Numbered from the whole stretch's first letter, positions 29,592 through 38,687 are shown. The stretch is DNA of 63,751 nt, filler included, from an uncultured bacterium (GCA_964543655.1; 4 parts of 4 records of this genome joined end to end with filler, not necessarily neighbours in it); one strand, 5' to 3'. The notes: a model not told the origin generated them from the sequence alone. A program made the numbers and translations.

Positions 29592-30812
29592 ATGAATAAG
29601 AAGAAAATATTTGAATACCTTATTACTCTTGCTGAAAATGTTGCTTCAGGTGTTTATGAAGCACCAGATGAACTGTTTGAGCTTACAAAAGATGATAAAT
29701 TTCCTATAGAAGTTGGAAGGCTTGCAGAAGCCTTTGGAATGATGCTTGTAAAAGTTGAAGCAAGAGAATTTCTCCTTGAAAAAACCATTAGAGAATTAAG
29801 AAAATCAAAAAATGAGCTTGAATTAATGAAAAATTTAATTGAAGAGCAAAATATTCATTTAAAGGATTCACTAAGAAAAAACTTTGCACCACCAACAATT
29901 CTTGGAATTAGTAAGGCTATTAAAAATTTACAGGAAACTATTAAAAGAATTTCAGATACTCCTGTAAATGTTTTAATTTCTGGAGAAAGTGGCACTGGTA
30001 AAGAGCTTGTTGCAAAGTCTCTTCATTATTCAGGGATAAGGGCAAGTGAACCTTTTATTGCTATTAACTGTGGGGCATTGCCAGAAACGCTTCTTGAAAG
30101 TGAATTGTTTGGAATAGAAAAAGGTGTAGCTACTGGTGTTGATAAAAGAGTGGGTAAAATAGAGATAGCTGGAAGTGGTACAATTTTTCTTGATGAAATA
30201 GGAGAAATGAGCTTGAGCGCCCAGATAAAACTGCTGAGAGCTTTACAGGAAAGAGTTATTGAAAAAATAGGTAGCACAAAACCTGTAAAAGTTAATGCAA
30301 GGTTTGTTGCTGCTACTAATAAAAATCTTCTACAAGAAATAAAAAAGGGTAATTTTAGAGAAGACCTCTACTATAGACTAAAGGTTATCCATATAAACAT
30401 TCCTCCTTTAAGAGAAAGAGTAGAGGACATACCTCTCTTGTTTAGAACCTTTCTTGATATGTACTCTAAACGCTATGGAAGAATGGTTCCTTTTTCTATT
30501 AGAAAAGATACAATGAATATACTTCAAAAATATCCATGGCCCGGGAATATAAGGGAACTTGAAAATGAAGCTGAAAGGATAGCCGTTTTAGCTTATGATT
30601 CTATAATAACTCCTGATGTCCTTTCAGATGAAATTCTTAATTTTTACAGAAAACCCAGGTTAGAAGATAAATATAATCAGGAAATAAGAGAAATAGAGGA
30701 TGCCCTAAAATTAACAAAAGGGAATAAAACAGCTGCTGCTAAGCTTCTTGGTATTTCCCGTGAGGGATTAAGAAAAAAGATGATAAGATTGGGAATGAGT
30801 GATAAAAAGTAG
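29592..30812 (+). CDS. Sigma-54 enhancer-binding protein (Fis HTH) with HAMP-like/coiled-coil N-terminus and no receiver
   Basis: GESGTGKE, ESELFG.EKGVATGV, FLDEIGE, FREDLYYRL, WPGNIRELEN, GNKTAAAKLLGISR. Confidence 0.9.
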   Translation: MNKKKIFEYLITLAENVASGVYEAPDELFELTKDDKFPIEVGRLAEAFGMMLVKVEAREFLLEKTIRELRKSKNELELMKNLIEEQNIHLKDSLRKNFAPPTILGISKAIKNLQETIKRISDTPVNVLISGESGTGKELVAKSLHYSGIRASEPFIAINCGALPETLLESELFGIEKGVATGVDKRVGKIEIAGSGTIFLDEIGEMSLSAQIKLLRALQERVIEKIGSTKPVKVNARFVAATNKNLLQEIKKGNFREDLYYRLKVIHINIPPLRERVEDIPLLFRTFLDMYSKRYGRMVPFSIRKDTMNILQKYPWPGNIRELENEAERIAVLAYDSIITPDVLSDEILNFYRKPRLEDKYNQEIREIEDALKLTKGNKTAAAKLLGISREGLRKKMIRLGMSDKK

Positions 30813-30823
30813 GCAAGGGTATA

Positions 30824-30907
30824 TTGGCATGTTGGCAGTTATCTGTTGGCAGTTAGTATATTAGCCTAAAGAAAATATACAATTTATGTAGTGGCACTTT
30901 CTTTGCA
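30824..30907 (+). promoter_or_regulatory. Consensus sigma-54 promoter with upstream direct repeats
   Basis: TGGCAC-TTTCT-TTGCA at 30892-30907; GTTGGCAGTTA at 30831-30841 and 30845-30855, TTGGCA at 30824. Confidence 0.8.
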
Positions 30908-30948
30908 AGTATCAATTAAGGAATTAAAAAAATTTTAAAGGAGGCGTT

Positions 30949-31329
30949 ATGATGAAAAGATGTATTAGTATTTTAAGTTTTTTAGTAATTTTTTTGATTG
31001 GAGGAGTTATTAATTCATTTGCTTTTTGTGTGTATAACTATAGTGATGTTGTGGTTTCAGCAACTCAATGCTCAGGATATAAGAATTATTTTGTTGGCTT
31101 TAAAGAGACAATTGATCCTGGAAAGAAAAAATGTTGTAACTGGAAAAATAAAGAGTGCAACAAATCTGGTAAAAAAGATCAAATAATAAGTTTTGAAGCA
31201 AGTTATGAATATGTAACACCTGACCATAATGCAGTTATAGAAAGAAAAATTTGTGTAGTTCAATTTAAAGCAGGAGGAAGGCTTATAGTGAAAGGGAAAA
31301 AAGGTAATTATTGGTGTGAAACTAAATAA
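30949..31329 (+). CDS. Small secreted Cys-rich, Lys-rich protein
   Basis: AGGAGG RBS, signal peptide ending SFA, seven Cys in mature part incl. FCVYN and CCNWKNKECN. Confidence 0.85.
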   Translation: MMKRCISILSFLVIFLIGGVINSFAFCVYNYSDVVVSATQCSGYKNYFVGFKETIDPGKKKCCNWKNKECNKSGKKDQIISFEASYEYVTPDHNAVIERKICVVQFKAGGRLIVKGKKGNYWCETK

Positions 31330-31435
31330 TTACCATATTGTAAAAATAATATTAAAACAAGATTTTTACCTGAAATCTTTAAAGTAATAACATTTATGTC
31401 AAATGTAAATTTTTAAAAAAGTTTATATTCTATTG

Positions 31436-31466
31436 GGGGCAAATTTAAATTTTTGCCCCATTTTTT
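31436..31466 (+). terminator. Rho-independent terminator
   Basis: GGGGCAAA...TTTGCCCC followed by a T-run. Confidence 0.6.
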
Positions 31467-31477
31467 AAAAAAAGGAG

Positions 31478-31524
31478 TTGACATCTTTTTTTTATTATTG
31501 TATATACCCTATTAATTATATAGG
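31478..31524 (+). promoter_or_regulatory. Promoter with inverted-repeat operator, probable Rrf2 autoregulatory site
   Basis: TTGACA at 31478; CCTAT-N7-ATAGG palindrome at 31508-31524 just before the Rrf2 gene. Confidence 0.5.
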
Positions 31525-31535
31525 AAAGGTTGGTT

Positions 31536-31964
31536 ATGAAGCTTTCAACAAAAGGTAGGTATGGAACAAGATTAATGCTTGAATTAGCTAAAAGATATAA
31601 TGAAAAACAGCCTATACTTTTAAGGCAGATAGCAGACAAACAAGATATTTCACTTAAATATTTAGAGCAGATTATAATATTGTTGAAAAATGCAAAATTG
31701 GTGAGATCTATTCGTGGTTCTAAAGGAGGATATATGCTATCAAAACCTCCAAAAGATGTTAATATATTGGAAATTATAGAAGCTCTTGAAGGAGATATTG
31801 ATATAGTAGATTGTATTGGTCATCCTGAAATGTGTAACAAAGTTGAAAGTTGTGTAACAAGAGAGGTCTGGGAAACAATATCTTTAAGAATAAAGGATAG
31901 TTTAAGAAATATATCTCTTAAAGATTTAATTAACAAATTACAAGGAGAGTTGAATGAAATTTGA
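31536..31964 (+). CDS. Rrf2-family transcriptional regulator (CymR/IscR-like)
   Basis: MKLSTKGRYG, ISLKYLEQI, SIRGSKGGY, three Cys in C-terminal half. Confidence 0.92.
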   Translation: MKLSTKGRYGTRLMLELAKRYNEKQPILLRQIADKQDISLKYLEQIIILLKNAKLVRSIRGSKGGYMLSKPPKDVNILEIIEALEGDIDIVDCIGHPEMCNKVESCVTREVWETISLRIKDSLRNISLKDLINKLQGELNEI

Positions 31965-32304
31965 AGAATTTGTTACAAAATTCAAAGCTAATTTAGATTA
32001 TTCAAAAACAGGTATGATACTTTTTCATAATGGGATTGTAAGAGGGGTTTCAAGAGATGGAGAAAAAGTCAACAAGTTATTAATTAGAAAAAACAATGAA
32101 AAAATACTTGAAATTATTAAAGAATTTTCTTTGAAAAAGGGTATTTCAAAAGTGGATGTTGAGGTTTTTGAAGGAGAGTTTAGCATAGGAGAAAACTTAA
32201 TGTATGCAGGTGTGGCAGGTGATATTAGAGATAATGTTTTTCCTGCACTGGAAGGACTTGTTAATAAAATAAAAAAGGAAGCTGTTTTTAAGGAAGAGTT
32301 GTGA
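31954..32304 (+). CDS. MoaE-like (molybdopterin synthase large subunit-like) protein
   Basis: GMILFHNGIVRG, VAGDIR..VF, C-terminal K...VFKEE. Confidence 0.75.
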   Translation: MKFEEFVTKFKANLDYSKTGMILFHNGIVRGVSRDGEKVNKLLIRKNNEKILEIIKEFSLKKGISKVDVEVFEGEFSIGENLMYAGVAGDIRDNVFPALEGLVNKIKKEAVFKEEL

Positions 32305-33233
32305 GAATATATAGTAATTTATTAGAGCTTATAGGTAATACTCCATTAGTCAGACTTGAGAAAATCAGTAAAGACTTGCCTGGTAATATTATTGCAAAAC
32401 TTGAATCTTTCAATCCCCTTCATAGTGTAAAAGATAGAATCGGTTTTTCAATGATTGAAAAAGCTGAAAATGATGGAAAATTAAAGCAAGGAATGACTAT
32501 AATTGAACCTACAAGTGGAAATACAGGGATAGCACTTGCATATATTGCTGCAATTAAAAATTATCAATGCACAATTGTTATGCCTGATTCAATGAGCATT
32601 GAAAGGAGAAAAATAATAAAATTTTATGGAGCAGATTTAATTTTAACACCAGCTTCAGAAGGTATGAAAGGTGCAGTAAGGAAGGTAGAAGAAATTATTA
32701 AAAATGAACCAGATAAATTTTTTTCACCACAACAATTTAAAAATATTGCTAATTTAGAGGTTCATTATAAAACAACAGCAAAAGAAATTTGGAATGATTC
32801 TGGCGGAAATATTGATATTTTTGTGGCAGGTGCAGGAACTGGTGGCACAATAAGTGGAGTTGGAAAATTTTTAAAAAAAATGAAAGAAGATATTAAAATA
32901 GTTGCTGTTGAGCCTGCTGAATCTCCTGTTCTTTCAGGTAGAAAAGCAGGTAAACATCAAATCCAAGGTATAGGTGCTGGTTTTATACCAGAAATAATGG
33001 AGTTAAAAGTTTTTGAAGAGATAATTTTAGTAAAAAATATTGATGCTAAACTAAACTCTATTAAGCTTGCACAACATGAGGGGATACTATCTGGACTCTC
33101 TTCTGGTGCTGCATTATATGCAGCAATTGAAATAGCAAAAAGAGAGGAAAGTAGGGATAAAAATATTATTACTATTTTTCCAGATACTGGTGAGAGATAT
33201 TTATCCACTTTCCTGTTTGATGATTTTAAATAA
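32301..33233 (+). CDS. cysK: Cysteine synthase A
   Basis: IGNTPLVRL, NPLHSVKDR, EPTSGNTG, GTGGT, HQIQGIGAGF, PDTGERYLST. Confidence 0.95.
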   Translation: MRIYSNLLELIGNTPLVRLEKISKDLPGNIIAKLESFNPLHSVKDRIGFSMIEKAENDGKLKQGMTIIEPTSGNTGIALAYIAAIKNYQCTIVMPDSMSIERRKIIKFYGADLILTPASEGMKGAVRKVEEIIKNEPDKFFSPQQFKNIANLEVHYKTTAKEIWNDSGGNIDIFVAGAGTGGTISGVGKFLKKMKEDIKIVAVEPAESPVLSGRKAGKHQIQGIGAGFIPEIMELKVFEEIILVKNIDAKLNSIKLAQHEGILSGLSSGAALYAAIEIAKREESRDKNIITIFPDTGERYLSTFLFDDFK

Positions 33234-33285
33234 AAATTTTTTAAAAAATATACTATTAAAAAGATATATTTAATAAGGAAAGATT

Positions 33286-34545
33286 ATGAAAAAAGAAACA
33301 ATTTTATTACATGGTGGATATTCTGAAAAATCAAATTTTTTGCCTACTGTTACTCCAATTTATCAAACAGTTTCCTATGATTTTCAGTCCTGTGAACATG
33401 CAGCCAATCTATTTAATTTAAAAGATGAAGGTTTTATTTACACCAGAATTGGAAATCCCACTCTGGACATTTTAGAAAAAAGATTAGCGCTATTACACAA
33501 TGCTGCATCAGCAATTGTTTTATCATCAGGTCAAGCAGCTAATACATTTGCTATTTTAAATCTTGCAAAATATAGAGATAATATTCTTTGCTCAAAATTT
33601 ATCTATGGAGGTACTTATAATGTTTTTCACCATACTTTGAAAAAGTTTGGAATAGATGTTATTTTTGTTGATTCTACTAATCCAGATAATTTTAAAAAAT
33701 ATTTAAATTCTTCAACCAAAGCAATTTTTATAGAATCTATTGGTAACCCTGTAAATAATGTTGATGATTTTGAAAAAATATCTAATATTGCACATGAAAA
33801 TGAAATCCCACTTATTGTTGACAATACTGTTTCTCCATACATTTTCAATCCATTTGATTTTGGTGCTGATATAGTAACATATTCATTGACAAAATTTATT
33901 ACTGGTAATGGCACTTCAATTGGTGGAGCAATTGTAGAAAAAGGTAATTTTAATTGGGCAAATGGGAAATTTCCAGATTTTGTGGAAGAAGATATTTCAT
34001 ACCATGGGATTTCATATTTTAATGATTTTAGAGAAAAAGCATTTACGTATAAAGTGAGATTGCAACTAATTAGAGATATTGGAGCCTGTCTTTCACCTTT
34101 TAATGGATTTCTTACTTTACTTGGGCTTGAGACTTTAAGTTTACGAATTACAAAACAATGTGAAAATGCCCTACAAATTGCAAAATTTTTAAATAATCAT
34201 CCAAAAGTAAAATGGGTAAATTATCCAGGGTTACCTGAAAATAGATTTTATAAAAATGCAAAAAAATATTTAAATAAAAACTTTGGAGCAATTATAAGCT
34301 TTGGTGTTAAAGAGGGGTATGAAAAAGCTGTGAAGGTTATTAATTCTGTAAAAGTAATTCGCCATCTTGCAAATATTGGAGATTCGAAAACTTTAATTAT
34401 TCATCCAGCAAGCACAACTCATCAACAATTAAAAAAAGAGGAGAGAGAAGAAGCATTAATTGGTGATGAGCTAATAAGATTATCTGTTGGATTAGAAAAT
34501 ATTGATGATTTGTTAGATGATATTGATAGTGCATTGAGGAGTTAA
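33286..34545 (+). CDS. metY: O-acetylhomoserine aminocarboxypropyltransferase
   Basis: PIYQT, IYTRIGNPT, SLTKFI.GNG, HLANIGD.KTLIIHPASTTH.QL. Confidence 0.92.
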   Translation: MKKETILLHGGYSEKSNFLPTVTPIYQTVSYDFQSCEHAANLFNLKDEGFIYTRIGNPTLDILEKRLALLHNAASAIVLSSGQAANTFAILNLAKYRDNILCSKFIYGGTYNVFHHTLKKFGIDVIFVDSTNPDNFKKYLNSSTKAIFIESIGNPVNNVDDFEKISNIAHENEIPLIVDNTVSPYIFNPFDFGADIVTYSLTKFITGNGTSIGGAIVEKGNFNWANGKFPDFVEEDISYHGISYFNDFREKAFTYKVRLQLIRDIGACLSPFNGFLTLLGLETLSLRITKQCENALQIAKFLNNHPKVKWVNYPGLPENRFYKNAKKYLNKNFGAIISFGVKEGYEKAVKVINSVKVIRHLANIGDSKTLIIHPASTTHQQLKKEEREEALIGDELIRLSVGLENIDDLLDDIDSALRS

Positions 34546-34549
34546 ATAT

Positions 34550-35638
34550 TTGAAAAATACGGAGACAAAATATTTTAAATTTTTAAAACCATTACACCTT
34601 GATAGTGGAAAAATTTTACCACCACCGGTTATTATAGCTTATGAAACTTATGGCAAACTGAATAAAGATAGAGATAATGCAATTCTTATTTGCCATGCTC
34701 TATCTGGCAGTGCAAATGCAGCTTTTTATAATAATAGCAATAAACCTGGTTGGTGGGATTTTATGATTGGTAGAAAAAAACCTATTGATACAGAAAAATA
34801 TTTTGTTATTTGTTCAAATGTTTTAGGTAGTTGTTATGGTTCTACTGGGCCTACATCTGTAAATCCAGAAACAGGAGATCTTTACAGATTGGAATTTCCA
34901 GTTGTTACAATAAATGACATGGTAAATGCACAAAAATTATTAATAGATTTTTTAGGAATTGAAAAGCTGCTATCAATTATTGGTGGGTCAATGGGTGGAA
35001 TGCAGGTGCTTCAATGGTGTATTAATTTCCCTGAAAAGATTCATTCTGCTGTTATTATTGCAGCTACCTATAAGCATAACGCTTATCAGATTGCTTTTAA
35101 TGAAGTTGGCAGATTTGCTATAATGAATGACCCAAGATGGTTAAAGGGGAATTATCCTATAGATAAATGTCCTGAAGTTGGATTGTCAATTGCAAGAATG
35201 ATAGGTCATATTACCTATTTAAGTGAAGAGGTAATGGAGCAAAAGTTTGCAAGAGGTTTAAAGAAATTTGATTTTTCAACAGAATTTGAAGTTGGCAGCT
35301 ATTTACATTATCAAGGATTAACATTTAGCAAAAGATTTGATGCAAATTCTTATCTATATCTAACAAAGGCACTTGATTATTTTGACATTACTGAGTCAAA
35401 TAATTTAATGGATTGTTTCTGCAATTCCAAAGAAATTAATTATTTAATTGTATCATTCAGTACAGATTGGCTCTATCCTCCTGAGCAATCAAAAGCAATA
35501 GCCCGAGCTCTTTCAAATGCTGGTGCAAATACAAGTTACATAAACTTAAATGAAGAATATGGACATGACTCATTTCTTGTTGAGAAAACTGAGCTAAAGA
35601 GCGTAATCAAAAATTTTTTAAAAGCACAGAAATTATGA
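34550..35638 (+). CDS. metX: Homoserine O-acetyltransferase
   Basis: CHALSG, GGSMGGMQ, RFDANSY, DWLYPP, YGHDSFL. Confidence 0.93.
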   Translation: MKNTETKYFKFLKPLHLDSGKILPPPVIIAYETYGKLNKDRDNAILICHALSGSANAAFYNNSNKPGWWDFMIGRKKPIDTEKYFVICSNVLGSCYGSTGPTSVNPETGDLYRLEFPVVTINDMVNAQKLLIDFLGIEKLLSIIGGSMGGMQVLQWCINFPEKIHSAVIIAATYKHNAYQIAFNEVGRFAIMNDPRWLKGNYPIDKCPEVGLSIARMIGHITYLSEEVMEQKFARGLKKFDFSTEFEVGSYLHYQGLTFSKRFDANSYLYLTKALDYFDITESNNLMDCFCNSKEINYLIVSFSTDWLYPPEQSKAIARALSNAGANTSYINLNEEYGHDSFLVEKTELKSVIKNFLKAQKL

Positions 35639-36219
35639 GAAGAGATATTTTAAATATTGTAAATTTTGTGGAAAAAGGGTCATCTGTTTTAGATTTAGGT
35701 TGTGGAGATGGAGAACTTTTATCCCTGTTAATAACCAAAAAAAACTGCAAAGGTAAGGGGATAGAGATTAATGAAAAGAAAATTTTAAAGTGTATAGAAA
35801 AAGGATTAACTGTTTATCATGGTGATATGGATGAAATTTTATCATGTTATCAAAATAGGTCTTATGATTATATTATTTTAAGCTTAACTCTTCACCAGGT
35901 AAAAAATCCAGAAAAAATCATAGATGAGTCAGTTAGAATAGGAAAAAAAGTTATTATAAGTTTTCCAAATTTTGCAAATTGGAGAATCAGGTTTAATTTA
36001 CTTTTTAAAGGCACTTTACCTACATATGATAGTTGTGCATATGAATGGTATTCTGAGAATTATGTACATTTCATAACCATAAAAGAATTTGAAAGATTTT
36101 GTAAGAAAAAAGGGTTAAAAATTTTAAAAAAGAAATTTTTACCTGAAACTTTTTTTTGGATTAACCCAAACTTTATTGCACACTCAGCAATATATTGCTT
36201 AGAAAGTTATTTGTTTTAA
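35635..36219 (+). CDS. metW: Methionine biosynthesis protein MetW
   Basis: VLDLGCGDG, SFPNFANW; follows metX. Confidence 0.9.
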   Translation: MRRDILNIVNFVEKGSSVLDLGCGDGELLSLLITKKNCKGKGIEINEKKILKCIEKGLTVYHGDMDEILSCYQNRSYDYIILSLTLHQVKNPEKIIDESVRIGKKVIISFPNFANWRIRFNLLFKGTLPTYDSCAYEWYSENYVHFITIKEFERFCKKKGLKILKKKFLPETFFWINPNFIAHSAIYCLESYLF

Positions 36220-36447
36220 TTTACATTCAAATTTTTAATCTGTTTTAAAAATATACCATTTCTCCAAACAAATTCACAATCAGCAGTTTTTTACAATTTT
36301 CTACCTGAAATGACATCTACAATATTCTTAATTTATTGTTATTAAAGTATTTTTTAACGTTGGACCATGAATATTGAACCGTAAACTTGCATTGTATGAC
36401 CTTCTTTTTAGTTTATTTACCTTAATTAATTTTTAAAAACTAAAGAG

Positions 36448-36481
36448 TGGAAAAATTCTTTCCATGATAAAAAATTTTCCA
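36448..36481 (+). promoter_or_regulatory. Tandem 17-bp enhancer-like palindromes
   Basis: TGGAAAAATTCTTTCCA (36448-36464) then TGATAAAAAATTTTCCA (36465-36481), upstream of sigma-54 promoter at 36655. Confidence 0.6.
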
Positions 36482-36486
36482 AAGGT

Positions 36487-36621
36487 TTTATTCTGAAGGG
36501 CAATTTATGAATTGCCCCTACTAAATCCTAATCCCTAAATCCCAAATCCTAATTTAACTTTGAACTGATAACTAATAACTGATAACTGATAACCATAAAC
36601 TATTTTAGGGGTTTATTCTGA
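36487..36621. repeat. REP-like hairpin plus heptamer tandem repeats flanked by 10-bp direct repeats
   Basis: GGGCAATTTATGAATTGCCCCTAC; (CCTAAAT)-like and (AACTGAT)-like arrays; TTTATTCTGA at 36487-36496 and 36612-36621. Confidence 0.75.
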
Positions 36622-36654
36622 GATATCCTTTGTTTTTAGGCTTATTTTTATAAA

Positions 36655-36670
36655 TGGTATATAGTTTGCA
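36655..36670 (+). promoter_or_regulatory. Sigma-54 promoter
   Basis: TGGTAT-ATAGT-TTGCA (GG-N10-GC). Confidence 0.7.
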
Positions 36671-36697
36671 TTATTCTATTGAAAAAAGGAGGGTTGG

Positions 36698-37270
36698 ATG
36701 GAACTTTTTGATGCAATAAAGGGAAGACGTAGTTGTCGAGCTTTCTTAAAGGAACCTGTTGATAAAGAATTAATTATGAAAATTTTAGATGCAGCAATAT
36801 GGGCTCCTTCTCCACTTAATTTACAGCCATGGGAATTTAAGATTATTTTAAACAAAGAGATTATAAATCAAATATATGAAGAAGCTGCAAGATGCAAAGA
36901 GTGGGGAGAAAAAGTTAGTGGTTGGGGCTGGTTAGGGAAGTATAGTGTTGAATTTTTAAAATCAGTTCCTGTGATGATTCTTGTATTAGGTGATTATAAA
37001 AAAACAGGACTTGATGCATTTTTAGAGGAAGGTAATGTTGGTTATCAATATGCATGTGCAGCTGCAATTCAAAACATTCATCTTACTGCATATTCTCTTG
37101 GATTAGCAACTCTCTGGTTTACTCTTTATAATAAAAAAAATATTAGAAAAATTTTAAATATTCCTGATAATAAAAATCCATTATCAATAATATGTTTAGG
37201 AAAACCTGCTGCTGAAATAAAACCACCAAAAAGAAAAAATTTATTAGAAAAAATAGAATGGATTGAATAA
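36698..37270 (+). CDS. Nitroreductase-family protein
   Basis: RRSCRAF, WAPSPLNLQPW, AIQNIHLTAYSLGL. Confidence 0.92.
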   Translation: MELFDAIKGRRSCRAFLKEPVDKELIMKILDAAIWAPSPLNLQPWEFKIILNKEIINQIYEEAARCKEWGEKVSGWGWLGKYSVEFLKSVPVMILVLGDYKKTGLDAFLEEGNVGYQYACAAAIQNIHLTAYSLGLATLWFTLYNKKNIRKILNIPDNKNPLSIICLGKPAAEIKPPKRKNLLEKIEWIE

Positions 37271-37271
37271 A

Positions 37272-37320
37272 TTAGGATTTAGTAGGGTCAATTCATGAAT
37301 TGGCCTTACGGGATTTAGGA
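37272..37320 (+). repeat. GTAG-type REP hairpin with TAGGATT heptamers
   Basis: TTAGGATTTA-GTAGGGTCAATTCATGAATTGGCCTTAC-GGGATTTAGG; inverted copy of 36495-36531. Confidence 0.75.
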
Positions 37321-37439
37321 TATAGTTGTTAGTTAATACTCTTTTTATTTTAATCTTGCACCCAATTTTAGTAAAATGGATTATTTTTTCGTAAAAATGA
37401 GGCAAAAAGAAGTGTTAAATCCCAAAAAAGGAGGTTAAG

Positions 37440-38687
37440 ATGAAAAAATTTTTTGCATGTTTGTTTATTTTTATGTTTTTTTTAGTGTCTCAAAGTTTTG
37501 CAAAAAGTAAACCGATTGTTTTAGGTTGTCCATTATCCACAGGTTTTTTATACGGCTGGGATGCTGAAAGAGGTATTAAATTAGCTGTTGATGAGATTAA
37601 TGCAAAAGGTGGAGTAAAAGTTAATGGAGAATACAGACCTTTTAAAGTTGAAGTTATTGACACAAGAGACTTAGAACCAGGAGTTCCTATTAGTGAAGCA
37701 CTTTTGGCTGTTCAAAAACTGATTTTGCAAAAAAAAGCTGATTTTCTTTTAGGTGGCCCAGTTAGATCAGAAGCAGCTCTTGCAGTAATGGATTTATTAA
37801 GTAAGTATAAAAAAATTTCAATTATTACAACAGGTGTTTTAACTCCTGCATATAACAAGAGAATTGCCAAAAATTATAACAAATATAAATATTGTTTTAG
37901 AGATTCTTCTGAAATTATAAGAATAGGGAAAGATTTAATTAAAGTTTTTAAGATGTTAGAAAAAAAATATAACTTTAAAAATGTTTATATTATGGTGCAG
38001 GATGTTGCACATGCAAGAAAAGCAGGATCTTTTGTTGGTAAATTATTAAAGAAAAGTGGATGGAATGTGCTTGGTGAAGAAATTTATCCTACTGGGACAA
38101 CAGATTTTTCAATGGGCTTATTAAAAGCAAAAAGAAAAAAAGCAGATGTTCTATTTATATGGATGGATATGCCTGAAACTGCAATTTTGTTAAAACAATG
38201 GAAAAAGATGAGAATCAAAGCTCTTCCAATGGGATTTATGAGTGCAGCAGAGCAACCTGGATTTTGGAAAGCATCAAAGGGGAATTGTGAATATTTAATA
38301 GTGGATGTTGTAAATGGTGGCAATGCACCTTCAAATGTTACACCATGGACAATGAAATTTGTTAATGCATATAAGAAAAAATGGGGACTTGAGCCAGAAG
38401 GTTATGGCACATCTTCAAGTTATATGGCAGTTTATATATTAAAAGATGCTATAGAAAGAGCTAATTCTCTTGATACTGATAAAGTTATAAAAGCTCTTGA
38501 GCAAACAGATTTAATGGGAGTTTATGGAAGAATCAGATTTGATAAATCACACATGGTAATACCCTCTGATGATCCTGAAAAAGGAGCTGTAGGTTGTATT
38601 TTTCAATGGCAAAAAGGGAAGAGAGTTGTTGTATTTCCTAAAGCAGGTGCAACAGGTAAAATTATTCTGCCACCATGGGTAAAATAG
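37440..38687 (+). CDS. LivJ/K-type ABC substrate-binding protein
   Basis: Signal peptide, LAVDEINAKGGV, TDFS..LLK, Y.A.YILKDAIERA. Confidence 0.9.
   Translation: MKKFFACLFIFMFFLVSQSFAKSKPIVLGCPLSTGFLYGWDAERGIKLAVDEINAKGGVKVNGEYRPFKVEVIDTRDLEPGVPISEALLAVQKLILQKKADFLLGGPVRSEAALAVMDLLSKYKKISIITTGVLTPAYNKRIAKNYNKYKYCFRDSSEIIRIGKDLIKVFKMLEKKYNFKNVYIMVQDVAHARKAGSFVGKLLKKSGWNVLGEEIYPTGTTDFSMGLLKAKRKKADVLFIWMDMPETAILLKQWKKMRIKALPMGFMSAAEQPGFWKASKGNCEYLIVDVVNGGNAPSNVTPWTMKFVNAYKKKWGLEPEGYGTSSSYMAVYILKDAIERANSLDTDKVIKALEQTDLMGVYGRIRFDKSHMVIPSDDPEKGAVGCIFQWQKGKRVVVFPKAGATGKIILPPWVK

Noticed and set aside
36220..36440. Possible gene remnant on the minus strand after metW
   Set aside because: Only short stop-interrupted frames with no family I can recognise
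36522..36600. Possible CRISPR array
   Set aside because: Units are 7-nt tandem repeats without unique spacers; no cas genes in the window
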